DNA of 33,263 nt from Octopus bimaculoides. Its lineage: Eukaryota. Position 1 is the first letter of the stretch. Each line of letters begins with the position of its first letter. Below are positions 9,361 to 20,726 of the stretch, one piece after another. The translations under genes and the position numbers were made by a program. Location: assembly GCF_001194135.2 (NCBI RefSeq), contig NC_068994.1:30819378-30852640 (forward strand), read 5' to 3'. The notes under the pieces are model-generated. The model searched no databases and was not told where the DNA came from. It saw only the letters and a list, made by a program, of their open reading frames with translations.

Positions 9361-10058
9361 CGAAATATTAGGCCCGCGCTGGAGCTCATTAGCGACACTT
9401 AAAATATTATTTGTATTATTGTATCACTGAAGTCAGCGTCGTTGGACTCGCTTGCGTCACATTTCTGACAATAAATTATATCGATTACTCTCTGAGTCCT
9501 TCTTTAACTGATAGGAAACCTCTTAGGAATAAAAATATATATTTTTATGCCGAAACATGAAAACTGTAAGCGAGAGCTATTAACACCTCAGATGCTCTAC
9601 TTTTGGATGTAAATATAACAAATATTAATGATAAACCAATAAGGTTATCTGTACTCTAATCTTACCACCAAATAGCCATAGAATAATGCTATGAGTGAAT
9701 GTTTCCGTTAGTTCAAATTGTATTCAATTAAAACAGCATTTAAAAACGTTCGTGTACAGAAACCTCTTAAGCATAGAAAATCGATAAAAACAATATCAAT
9801 TTTTAATTAGCTAATTTATAACCACCGTTAAAGTAGTGACTAAATAGATTATATATATATANNNNNNNNNNNNNNNNNNNNNNNNNNNNNNNNNNNNNNN
9901 NNNNNNNNNNNNNNNNNNNNNNNNNNNNNNNNNNNNNNNNNNNNNNNNNNNNNNNNNNNNNNNNNNNNNNNNNNNNNNNNNNNNNNNNNNNNNNNNNNNN
10001 NNNNNNNNNNNNNNNNNNNNNNNNNNNNNNNNNNNNNNNNNNNNNNNNNNNNNNNNNN

Positions 10059-10114
<56 letters not shown>

Positions 10115-10194
10115 TGTATACGATTATTAAATTATGAGAGGAATATAAGGAAAACAATTCTTTAAATATTTAAATTCTTTAAACATGTCTGTAT

Positions 10195-10285
10195 TTAAGA
10201 AGGTCACTATATAACCATGTGTTTGTGAGTTCCATTCCACTGCACTGCACTTGGGGTTAGTGTCTTCTATCATAGGCTTCGTAGC
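10195..10285 (+). mobile_element. Degenerate SINE fragment (family of 17281-17404)
   Basis: aaccatgtgtttgtgagttccattcc aligns with aaccacatggtcccgcgttcagtcc of the 17281 copy. Confidence 0.45.
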
Positions 10286-11585
10286 TTTAAGTTTAGTTTG
10301 TCGTTGTAAGTGAAAGTTGATAAAGGGCACACTGCAACATTTATGCCCTGGATTATCTTCCCTTCCGTCAATGACTATTTTGCATTTCGTGTCGAATAAA
10401 TGAAATATGTACCAAGGTATAATGAAATATGTACCAAAGTATAATCGGGGAAATTCCCTTAAAGGTGTAACGACGGCATTGTTCTACTGCAACGACTGAA
10501 AGCAATAACAGGTAAGAGGAATTAAGCGAAATGACACAAAGCAGCCATATTAAACAGAAAGAAGAGTTAAGACCGTGATTGAGTTTTTCGTCGATTGGGT
10601 TAAGAACGTGATTGGGTTTTTCGAAGGTATTGTAGAGACAGTAACTTAACCACTTCTGCTGTACTTGAGCTCTTTCCATAAGTAAGCGCCTAGCCTCAAG
10701 GACTCCGACCATCTATCCGCTCATACATTCGCAACATCTATAGAATTTCAGGAGATGCCAGATATTGGTTAAAATATAATTGTTCATATCTACCATAGAG
10801 TTCCCATCTAGAATATTCTGTAGGGATTTACTCTCCTAACATTTTTAAACACGCAAAAAACTTAGAAGGCAGCAAGCATTGGGTTTAGTTTGTACAGAAC
10901 CAGTCCGACTCTTTCACCCTTCAAACTTGCATTGGTCTTCTGCAACAAGTGCAGTGAGCCCAGTAATTATGAGGATGAAGGATTTGTATGGGGTTACCTT
11001 CGCTTAGACGAGAAGCTAAAGAGATGAAGTGTCTCATCTGCGCTGGGTTCTTTGGAGATTCTGTGAGAGACCTTCTTCCAGAGGCAATTTTTTGACATGC
11101 TAATAAACCAATAACTGAGGTCCTAAGAAGTTCTACTCCGATTCATGGTAGAGCCGGAAACAATAGTGACTAATTCCATACTCCCCAAGCCCTCTCGAAC
11201 CAGGGCCCCACTGCAGGATGCAGCTAAAAGTCATACCCAGGACAAAAGGGGTTAAGAATATAGATCAGCTAAATAACATAGAGCGACCTTAATAAACAGA
11301 ACATTATATTACTAGAAATTTAATGCAAACTTCAATTAATACATTACGTTTCTTTTTAATCATTCAGACATAAAAAGTCAATAGAGCGTTACAAGCCGTT
11401 GAAGTAATACATTTATAAATTTTTTATTGTCAGTAAATATTGTATAATTACGTCGATATGATACGTTAATTACATTTTCGAATTTGTGTAAAATATATTA
11501 GAGCTTATATGTGTGTCTATGTGTATGTGTGTGATTATATATATTCATTAATATATACACATACATATGCACACACAGAGACACA

Positions 11586-11623
<38 letters not shown>

Positions 11624-12155
11624 NNNNNNNNNNNNNNNNNNNNNNNNNNNNNNNNNNNNNNNNNNNNNNNNNNNNNNNNNNNNNNNNNNNNNNNNNNNNN
11701 NNNNNNNNNNNNNNNNNNNNNNNNNNNNNNNNNNNNNNNNNNNNNNNNNNNNNNNNNNNNNNNNNNNNNNNNNNNTATATGATGTATTTATGTGTATTTG
11801 CATATGTGTGTGTGTTCTATTTCACCAGATTTAGGTTTTCCTCCCATTTCTTTTTCTTCTCCCCCCCTCTCCCTCTCTCTTCTAATCATTCCTTTCTTTT
11901 ATTTTCTGAATCGGCTAATATTCCATAGGCCCGTGGCCTCTGATATAAAACTGTGGAAAAAATACACCCAAGGAATTGTTTATAGCAGGTCGATAAACAC
12001 ATGTGCACACACGTACACAAATACACAAATAGGTACACACACATACATATAGTGAAAGACAAAAAGTAAAATACAATAGACAAAAAAAAAGATGGGATAA
12101 GTTCACTATCAATCAAATCGGTTTGATGATCGACACAAAAGAAAGAATTAATAGT

Positions 12156-12189
12156 TACAACGTTTCGGACGTTGGCTCTTCTTCAGGTA
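12156..12189 (-). ncRNA. Minimal type I hammerhead ribozyme candidate (PLE-associated)
   Basis: Minus strand: uac-CUGAAGA-a-gagc-caac-gucc-GAAA-CGU-U-gua. All core nucleotides are present; stem I uac/gua; stem II has 1 mismatch; palindromic AACGUU in stem/loop III. Same strand as, and about 790 bp 3' of, the PLE GIY-YIG ORF. Confidence 0.6.
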
Positions 12190-12414
12190 GTGGGATAAAA
12201 GAAAAAACTAGGAAATGGTGGATGGTGAGAGAGAAAAAATGAGTAACAATTTCAGCGACAGAAGGTAAGTGGTGTTCATGTTTGGATACTGTCTGACTGG
12301 AAAAAATATTAGGCTAAATGTTGTATTTTTTTGTAGGAGAATGAACAGGGGACTTATGTGTTGCGTGCAGATGTGATTGCACGTATGTATATTTGTGTTG
12401 GTCTACTGTATGTG

Positions 12415-12416
<2 letters not shown>

Positions 12417-12486
<70 letters not shown>

Positions 12487-12566
12487 GAATTTTTGGAAGC
12501 TTAGTTAGAGGGAGAAAAAAGAAAAAAGTAAGACAAGAAGAAAGAAGAACAGGAAGGCAGAAGGAA

Positions 12567-12612
<46 letters not shown>
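12417..12612. repeat. (TG)n and (AAAG)n microsatellites
   Basis: Directly visible at about 12417-12485 and 12567-12612. Confidence 0.95.
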
Positions 12613-12613
<1 letters not shown>

Positions 12614-12802
12614 GGGTTTGTTGAAATTATACTATATTCTTATGGACAGTTGTCGTGCTTCTCAGCTGTAAAAAGGGGTCCTTTTCTGAGAAGTTTGAAG
12701 TTGATTACATTTGAAGTTGTTAATTTTGCTTTATCCATTGTTTTGTCAGTTGTCCAGTTGTAGAAAATAGATTCTATCAAAGTTGTTTTGGAAGGTTATT
12801 AA

Positions 12803-12839
<37 letters not shown>

Positions 12840-12975
12840 CACGCTCGCGTGTGTTTATACATGTATGTGTAAGAGAGTGTGTGTGTGTGTTGGTTGCTTG
12901 CATGAATTTTTGTTTTTGTTACTTTAGTAACAGTAAAGAGAATATTTTAATAAGGATATCTGATGTGTTCATATA

Positions 12976-13692
12976 TATACGTTTAGTCTAGGTAAGAATT
13001 TTTTGATAAAATATAGTTCCATTCTTTTCTGGTTCTTTGGGCCAAACCTTAAGCATTTGTAGAAGGGAAAAATCTTGAATTTACTGTCTTCATATATTTC
13101 TTGATGATTACTCAGCAGAGTCTAGCGTAATTATTTCTTATGTGTTGTCTGTGAAGTCTTGCACGTTGGCAAAAGGAATTGTTGCTTTCGCCAATATAAT
13201 CCTTGAAATTCGAGCAAGTTATGCTGTATATGTGATTTTGTGTCTTGCAGCTCATATCTGCATTTACTCGGAAGGAGAATCCACGTTTAAATTTCGTATG
13301 AGGACCAGTTGTAGTTGTTACATGTTTCACATCTATTATCTCCACAGTCCTTCACGGAGAATTTTTAATTATCCTCTGATGTGAAATTTACCTGCGTGAG
13401 ATATCTTTAAAGATCCTTTTGGCTGACATTTACTGTTTCGTATAAGGTTTCCATTAACCAAATTTTTCATTTTGGAGCTTTGTAAGAGTATTTGTAGGTT
13501 TGTTTTTATAGTGTGGAAATGGTGGTCACTCCCAGGTTACGTGTATTGATAAATGGAATGGTATTTTCATTAATTTTCTTCTTAGGTGTTCTCAGTTGCA
13601 TGATGTTCAGTTTCATTGCCTTTATAATTGCATTATTTATTAATATTAAGAGGTAATTCTGCTTTTTAGGAAGCGTTTGAGTTCATTGAGTT
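12976..13692 (-). mobile_element. Penelope-like element C-terminal part: RT thumb, linker, GIY-YIG endonuclease (disrupted)
   Basis: ELNELKRFL..QNY..LINNAIIKAM..IPFINTRN; CGDNRCETC; CKTQNHIYSITCSN..YIGESNNSFCQRARLHRQHI; FKIFPFYK...RMELYFIKKFLPRLN. Several frameshifts. Confidence 0.88.
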
Positions 13693-14477
13693 CACTTGTA
13701 GCATTTTATATTTTTAAACGGACAGTTACTTTTTAAAATGTAGACCATCGCACCCATAACATGGATTCGGTTTTGATATGTTTTTGCCTATTCTTTTATT
13801 CGTTACCGGTCAACACACTTTAATCTGAGAACAATCTTTCTCTTCAATTTTATTTGTTTCATGTCGTAGATTAATAATTCTCTGACACTCTTCTGCTACT
13901 GCTTGCAGAATCAAACTTTGGTCATGTTCTAATTTTGTTAATATCCGAAAACGTATATCTGCATCTTTGCTTGCAGTAAGCCCTTGAACGAAAATTAAAC
14001 ACTTGAACATCTCCAGGATTAACTCATTCAATTTGAATTTCTTACACGCTCTGTTAACAACTCTGGCATAGGTGACGAAATCTTCATCATCGTTTTTGAC
14101 CGAATTTAAACATTGCCAACGAGTATTGAACAGGGAACTTCTTTCACTGAAAATTTTCGATAAAATATTGTTTCATCGAAACAAATCTCACCTAGTTTCT
14201 TCGGCAGAATATAATTACTATATTTTTCTTGTTCGGCAGGGATAACTTTCTTAAAAGTAGTCATACTTTTTTCTCGTCGGACCAGCTTTTACATTCTTCT
14301 TTCAAAATTTCTTCGTATCTACGAAAATATACAGAAAAGGTAATCCCTTCCGGATTATAGCTGAATTCTTCAATTGAGTTTGCTACGCTGTCTGACCAGT
14401 ACGAACCTGAAGTATTTTCAGACTCATTCAACATTAATTCCAGCAACTGTTGTTTTTGTTTTTGTTGTAGTTGCTGC

Positions 14478-14509
<32 letters not shown>

Positions 14510-14560
14510 TAACTGTTGTTGCTGTTGCAAGTGCCCCACGGAAGTCGAGTAGTCTTCCAT
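13693..14560 (-). pseudogene. Gypsy gag (K02A2.6-like) with N-terminal poly-Q, disrupted
   Basis: MEDYSTSVGHLQQQQ..*..LLELMLNE..ANSIEEFSYNPEGITFSVYFRRYEEIL..WSDEKKV*LLLRKL; SLFNTRWQCLN..DEDFVTYA.VVNRAC.KFKLNEL..FKCLIFVQGL..DADIRFRIL.KLE. Stops and frameshifts present. Confidence 0.85.
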
Positions 14561-14644
14561 GTTAAAACGATTTTTTGGGGTGTTTCGTACCAAAAAAGTT
14601 TAAAAAACAACATTTTAATCGTCCAACGCAAGCTTCGTCGCCAC

Positions 14645-14869
14645 TTTTATATCCTTGCATTGAATATATAATATAACGAAGCAGGGGACAAGAAAGTATA
14701 TACACGACGCACTACTATTACTATTACACAAGACTCAACGCTCTATATCGAAGGCTCACAATGATTTGCTACCAAAACGAACTCCTGACGACTTGACAGT
14801 TGTCTATTTAATAGAAATGCCTCACTCTACTTTTAGTCACGTGAAGGTAGTCGGAATCCTTCCACAACA
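14645..14869 (-). repeat. Gypsy 5' LTR (~225 bp)
   Basis: It starts TG immediately after the Penelope codons ..SNLYT and ends ..gatataaaa just before the TGG PBS. The terminal CA is not intact, so the 3' boundary is approximate. Confidence 0.7.
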
Positions 14870-15325
14870 AGTATAAAGGTTACTAACACCAAAGCTGGTA
14901 AGGATAGTTCCTTCTGGGGCAGTAGGTGGGATGCATTTGAGAAAATCTATTATGCTATTAATGAACATAAGGGTTTAAGGAACATATCTAAAAGATGACT
15001 TAGTTGATGTGTTGGGTATTGAGGCCCAGCAACTATTGGCCTCAATTTGAGATCAGTGGGTCTTAGTATTTTTATGCATTGGTTATTCTGTTCACTTATG
15101 GCGTTCTGTATTTCCGAGCTTTTGTGGTTTTGTGGTAATCCGTGGAAAGTTCTCTCTTTTATTTGAGAGTCACATAAGTATTCTACTTCTTTATCTGTGA
15201 AGGAGTTCGGGTATTTGGTAATTAATGTTCTGATTTTATTCATCATTGTTTTTTCTTATTTATTGTTTCTTCCTTATAGCAATTTTGGTCTGTTAGATGT
15301 TTCGATATTTTGTTTTCATTTGCAA
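14870..15325 (-). mobile_element. Penelope-like element RT N-terminal part
   Basis: KHLTDQNCY; TFHGLPQNHKS..LKLRPIVAGPQYPTHQLSHLLDMFLKP; DFLKCIP..GTILTSFGVSNLYT (the SFDV.NLYT motif), cut exactly at the LTR start. Confidence 0.88.
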
Positions 15326-15617
15326 GAAAGAAACAAGAGCTATTACGCAAAAGCAAAGTCCAATGAAACCACAACCCTGGAATAAACTCCTGAGTCAACG
15401 CAAACATACATATTGGAAAAGCATTCGGTGTGATAACATAGCCAACACCGACAAAAACTGGCGAAAATAAAGAAAACTCAATCCTCCCCCAAAAATTCGT
15501 CTAAAAGGTGAGAAACTAGAAAATACAACAATATGTGAAAACTCCAGGGGAAAAAAACAATAATGGATTAAATAAACAAATAAGTTACAAAAATATTGCA
15601 AAAATTCCGGCGCTCGC

Positions 15618-15790
15618 GACGCTTCATTGATCAAGTGGAGGTGGAACTCGTAGGACAAGAACTGGTATCAGAGTGTGATCAAAGATCTGACTGAGAGGTG
15701 GCTTCAGACAGTGCAACACGATGGCCTCTACTTTGAATTCTAGGCTGCTTTTATTGTAACTTGACAAATAAAATAAATGAATTACTCAAA
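15618..15790 (+). mobile_element. Mariner transposase 3' end remnant
   Basis: SLIKWRWNS*DKNWYQSVIKDLTERWLQTVQHDGLYFEF* (stop 15741-15743), a mariner C-terminal helix motif. Confidence 0.7.
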
Positions 15791-15794
15791 TATT

Positions 15795-16012
15795 AGTTTC
15801 AAGTTTTGGCACAAGGCCAACGATTTCGGGGGAGTGAATAAGTTGAGTACATCGACCCCATTACTCTACTGGTATTTATTTTATCGGCCTCGAAAGGGAT
15901 GAGAGGCAAAGTCAACCTAGACGGAATTTGAACTCAGAACGTAAGGATGGACGAAATGCCGCTTAGCATTTTGCCTGGCGTGCTAACAATTCTGCCAGCT
16001 CCCCGTCTTAAG
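15795..16012 (-). mobile_element. tRNA-derived SINE (major family), full length
   Basis: Aligns to 7202-7470 and 28364-28580. Degenerate TSD ttactcaaatatt (15782-15794) / ttatccaaatatt (16013-16025). Confidence 0.85.
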
Positions 16013-16039
16013 TTATCCAAATATTGTAAAAGTTTTGAC

Positions 16040-16095
16040 TCAATACATACACACACACACACACATATGTACATACATACATACATACATACGTA

Positions 16096-16154
<59 letters not shown>

Positions 16155-16214
16155 GGAGAGAGACAAACAAACAGAAAGAAAAAGAAAGAGAGGGGAGAGG
16201 AAAAGAAAGGGAAA

Positions 16215-16282
<68 letters not shown>
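16040..16282. repeat. Compound (CA)/(TACA)/(TG)n/(GA)n microsatellite
   Basis: Directly visible. Confidence 0.95.
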
Positions 16283-16284
<2 letters not shown>

Positions 16285-17109
16285 TGTACATATAGACACG
16301 TGTTTATTTATGTATATGCACATGTAAATGGATATTTTGTATTTCAGGGTATGTATCTATCAATAAAATATTTGTAAATATACGTATGCGTGTGTGTGTG
16401 CGTGTACAAATATGGCGGTGTAAAGTAGAGCTATATATGATATATTATTGTTGCTATTATTATTATTATTATGTACATATACAAATATTTATACATTTGT
16501 GTATGTGTGTGTTCGTGTGAATGAGAGAGAGAGAGGGAGCGAGAGAGAGAAAGAAAGAGAGAGTAAGAGGGTGTGCTTGTGTCTCACTGTATGTCAGTGC
16601 ATGTGTGTACATACGTGTGTGCATTAGTGTGCGAATGTGTGAGCGGGCGCATGCGTTTATTAGTATGTGAGTGAGTGTGTGTGTGTGTGTGTGTGTGTGT
16701 TTATGTGTGTGTGTGCGCGCGCACGCATGTCTGTGAGTGTGTGTTAGTGTATGTGTGTGTATTAGTGTGTGTACATGTGTGTTTGCATGTGTTCATTTCT
16801 ATGTGCTTGTGCGTTTGTGTGTATGTAAGTGTTGAAAGTTAGTGTGCAATGCGAGTATATACGTTCGACGCTTTGTGACCTGTACATATGCAGCAATAAA
16901 AGCTGTATTTCAAGGATGAGCGAAGAAAAAACAATAATGAAATACTCCACCTCCACCCCAGCACCACCGCCGCGTTTTCGTCCCGCCCCCGTCCTATGAG
17001 ACTACTCCGATGTTGGCAGTATGCCAGCTCAGGGAATTGAATCATCTCACTTAATTAACAGCTCCAGTTAAAAGGAACGCAATATCTCGTTGATAAACTA
17101 TACTATTTA

Positions 17110-17150
17110 TATGCTATGCTATGCTATGCTATGCTATGCTATGCTATGCT
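17110..17150. repeat. (ATGCT)n pentanucleotide microsatellite
   Basis: About 8 copies, directly visible. Confidence 0.95.
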
Positions 17151-17222
17151 ATGTATGTATGCATGTGTATGCATGAATATATGATATATATGTACGTCGC
17201 TCTCTGTCTCTGTCTCACTCTC

Positions 17223-17258
<36 letters not shown>

Positions 17259-17280
17259 CACACACACACGTTGTCACGGT

Positions 17281-17404
17281 CGTGGCTGTGTGGTAAGAAG
17301 CTTACTTCCCAACCACATGGTCCCGCGTTCAGTCCTACTATAATCTCGCGCCGACGAAAACCTTGTGAGTCAATTTGGTTGACGGAAACTGAAAGAAGCC
17401 CGTC
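17281..17404 (+). mobile_element. tRNA-derived SINE (third family), internally shortened, ending in a TA/TG tail
   Basis: gtggctgtgtggtaag (A-box-like), gcgttcagtcc (B-box-like), and 3' ttggttgacggaaactgaaagaagcccgtc followed by a microsatellite. Confidence 0.7.
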
Positions 17405-17405
17405 T

Positions 17406-17451
<46 letters not shown>

Positions 17452-18439
17452 TATATATATANNNNNNNNNNNNNNNNNNNNNNNNNNNNNNNNNNNNNNN
17501 NNNNNNNNNNNNNNNNNNNNNNNNNNNNNNNNNNNNNNNNNNNNNNNNNNNNNNNNNNNNNNNNNNNNNNNNNNNNNNNNNNNNNNNNNNNNNNNNNNNN
17601 NNNNNNNNNNNNNNNNNNNNNNNNNNNNNNNNNNNNNNNNNNNNNNNNNNNNNNNNNNNNNNNNNNNNNNNNNNNNNNNNNNNNNNNNNNNNNNNNNNNN
17701 NNNNNNNNNNNNNNNNNNNNNNNNNNNNNNNNNNNNNNNNNNNNNNNNNNNNNNNNNNNNNNNNNNNNNNNNNNNNNNNNNNNNNNNNNNNNNNNNNNNN
17801 NNNNNNNNNNNNNNNNNNNNNNNNNNNNNNNNNNNNNNNNNNNNNNNNNNNNNNNNNNNNNNNNNNNNNNNNNNNNNNNNNNNNNNNNNNNNNNNNNNNN
17901 NNNNNNNNNNNNNNNNNNNNNNNNNNNNNNNNNNNNNNNNNNNNNNNNNNNNNNNNNNNNNNNNNNNNNNNNNNNNNNNNNNNNNNNNNNNNNNNNNNNN
18001 NNNNNNNNNNNNNNNNNNNNNNNNNNNNNNNNNNNNNNNNNNNNNNNNNNNNNNNNNNNNNNNNNNNNNNNNNNNNNNNNNNNNNNNNNNNNNNNNNNNN
18101 NNNNNNNNNNNNNNNNNNNNNNNNNNNNNNNNNNNNNNNNNNNNNNNNNNNNNNNNNNNNNNNNNNNNNNNNNNNNNNNNNNNNNNNNNNNNNNNNNNNN
18201 NNNNNNNNNNNNNNNNNNNNNNNNNNNNNNNNNNNNNNNNNNNNNTGTGTACGTGTGTTTGTTCATGTTTGACTCTCACCGTTTGAGAACCTGTGAAAAT
18301 TTGATTAGATCTTGTAAACTAGTGAATCAACCAGAAAAGAAACCGACTGAATAAGTACTTCACTTAAAACATGTCCTGGGGTTGAAACGATCTCCAATAA
18401 TGGAGATAAGTAACTACAACTTAAGAATAAAATACAATA

Positions 18440-18484
<45 letters not shown>

Positions 18485-19199
18485 ATGTGTGTGTGTGTAT
18501 GTGCTAATTGACAATCCAATAATCTATTTATGTTATCTAATGCAACATAAAATGCTATGAATATAATATAATATAAGATAACCTAAAAATCATTAAAAAA
18601 CCAAAATAGCCAACAATTTGTTTCGACTTTATACATTATTTGATTTATAAACAATACATCTCCACTTATATAAGTATCTTCAGACAGACGACATTCTGTG
18701 TGAAAGGACGGCTGGATTGGAAAAAAAATCAATTCAAATGTCTATATATTATGATTGTGAGTATTAACTTTTCAACAACATAACAATTACAATTAAAAAA
18801 CAAAATTATAACGAACAAAATAGTTAAGTAAATACAATCTACAACTATCGAAATATATTTCTAATTATCACAAATAATATTAATCCAAATTCGATTAGGT
18901 CGAAGATAATCTTTGGCTATTATAAGAACATACAACAACAATATATAGTTATATAAATTAAGTATCAGGATTTTACTTAATCTGGAGACTGTAATAAAAC
19001 GTGTGAATAAATATAAATGACAATATACTATTATATTGGTAATATATTACAACTTTTCTCTTCTATTTAAAGTTAATGATATAAAAAATAATTTGTTTCA
19101 AGTAGCTAACAAAAAATGTTCTTTATTTAGTTTATCGGAGAGAGAGATTCCCGTAATAAATATGAAGAGAAACCTAACAAAAATGTTCTTTATTTACTT

Positions 19200-19473
19200 A
19201 ACTGATTACACTTTTAGGAATAGAGATAGGTTTAACAGTACTAGTCTGAGTAAATTAATTTGGAAACTGAAGGATAGTAGGAAATTATACGACATAAATT
19301 GGAAAATACTTAGCCATGCTAGATCGTGCAAAATTAATGATGCTAGATGTAACTTGTGTGTAGATGAATTATATCAGATATTAACGTATAAGAAGAAATT
19401 ACTTAATGAAAGATGTGAGAGTGTTTTATCTTCTACACATTCATCTAAATATGTGCTTAAAAAATTTTATTAA
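19200..19473 (+). mobile_element. Penelope-like element GIY-YIG C-terminal remnant, Neptune-like type
   Basis: YTFRNRDRFNSTSLSKLIWKLKD..YDINWKIL..ARCNLCVDELYQI..LLNERCE..THSSKYVL matches the ST.LSK.IW.LK / I.WKI / CNLC..EK / LN.R.E signature of this PLE group. Confidence 0.8.
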
Positions 19474-19753
19474 GTGCGTATATATTTGTACTCGTATGTA
19501 TCCATTTATATGTGTGCATATGTATGTNNNNNNNNNNNNNNNNNNNNNNNNNNNNNNNNNNNNNNNNNNNNNNNNNNNNNNNNNNNNNNNNNNNNNNNNN
19601 NNNNNNNNNNNNNNNNNNNNNNNNNNNNNNNNNNNNNNNNNNNNNNNNNNNNNNNNNNNNNNNNNNNNNNNNNNNNNNNNNNNNNNNNNNNNNNNNNNNN
19701 NNNNNNNNNNNNNNNNNNNNNNNNNNNNNNNNNNNNNNNNNNNNNNNNNNNNN

Positions 19754-19786
<33 letters not shown>

Positions 19787-19912
19787 TTGTATACATGGGT
19801 ATATGTTGTTTGTATTTATATCTGATGCTATATATATGTGTTTGTGTGTGTATATATGTGTGTGTGTGTGTAGGTATGTATATGTATATATCTGTACAAG
19901 TATGTGTATGCA

Positions 19913-19943
<31 letters not shown>

Positions 19944-20369
19944 GGATGTATATGTATGTGTGTAGATTATTTATCATTAATGCGAGTATGTATATGTGCG
20001 TGTGTGTGCGTATGTATGTTTATGTATTTGTATGTGCATCTATGTGTATGCATCTATGTGTATTACTATATATACATATGCACTCATATGGGTGTGTATG
20101 TGTGTAAATGTATATATGTGTATGTATATATGTACATCTTTGAGTTTTGTCATCTTAATCTATATAATAATGTAGAATTTGGAAAATTAAGTTTTAGTGG
20201 ATTAATTCAGAATATTTTGAATTTTTCTAGTGCTAGTCCTTGTAGTTAATGTAAATTGCATCATTATATTAGTAATTTAATATAAATTACAGATTACAAA
20301 TAAGATGTATTCATTATGCTAAATAATTATATGTATAAATAGATTCATTTAATCAATTAATTAATTAAA

Positions 20370-20443
<74 letters not shown>
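20370..20443. repeat. (TAA)n microsatellite
   Basis: Directly visible; it explains the poly-Leu ORF 20357-20584. Confidence 0.95.
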
Positions 20444-20445
<2 letters not shown>

Positions 20446-20726
20446 GAATATTTTTATGTGACTTACTAATTTCAATAACAATAATAATTATTATAGCATC
20501 GTATAGTTTATAACTTGTATTCTTATTACAACGAGATAATTTTGTTACTTCTGAAAGTATTACTAAAATACTCTTTATAGTCATTTATCTAAAATTTATC
20601 GAGGATTGGTACTCAATCCTTGTTTTTGTTTATCTTACTATATTTTATTTACTGAGTTCTCCTTTCCATAATATACGAATATTGGGTACATTTACTTGTT
20701 AGTTACTGTGAATAATCCTTATTTAA

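Larger units (their letters stand above)
13693..14869 (-). mobile_element. Ty3/gypsy LTR retrotransposon 5' half (LTR, PBS, gag); pol and 3' LTR absent
   Basis: The LTR begins TGTTGTGG at 14869 and ends at about 14645. PBS-like TGGCGACGAA at 14643-14634. gag ATG at 14560. It ends in zinc-knuckle-like CYGCDGLH..NCPFKNIKCYKC at about 13693. Confidence 0.85.

Noticed and set aside
9529-9548. Perfect 20-bp palindrome ataaaaatatatatttttat
   Set aside because: All A/T and centred on a TA run; low information content.
10900-11260. Possible second RTE 3' remnant (TRS*RDEVS..VLWR..SSRG)
   Set aside because: The similarity is too weak and interrupted to support a call without an HMM search.
14870-14888. 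TGTTAGTAACC as the gypsy LTR start
   Set aside because: It encodes the Penelope RT motif (G)VSNLYT. The LTR starts at the next TG (14869).
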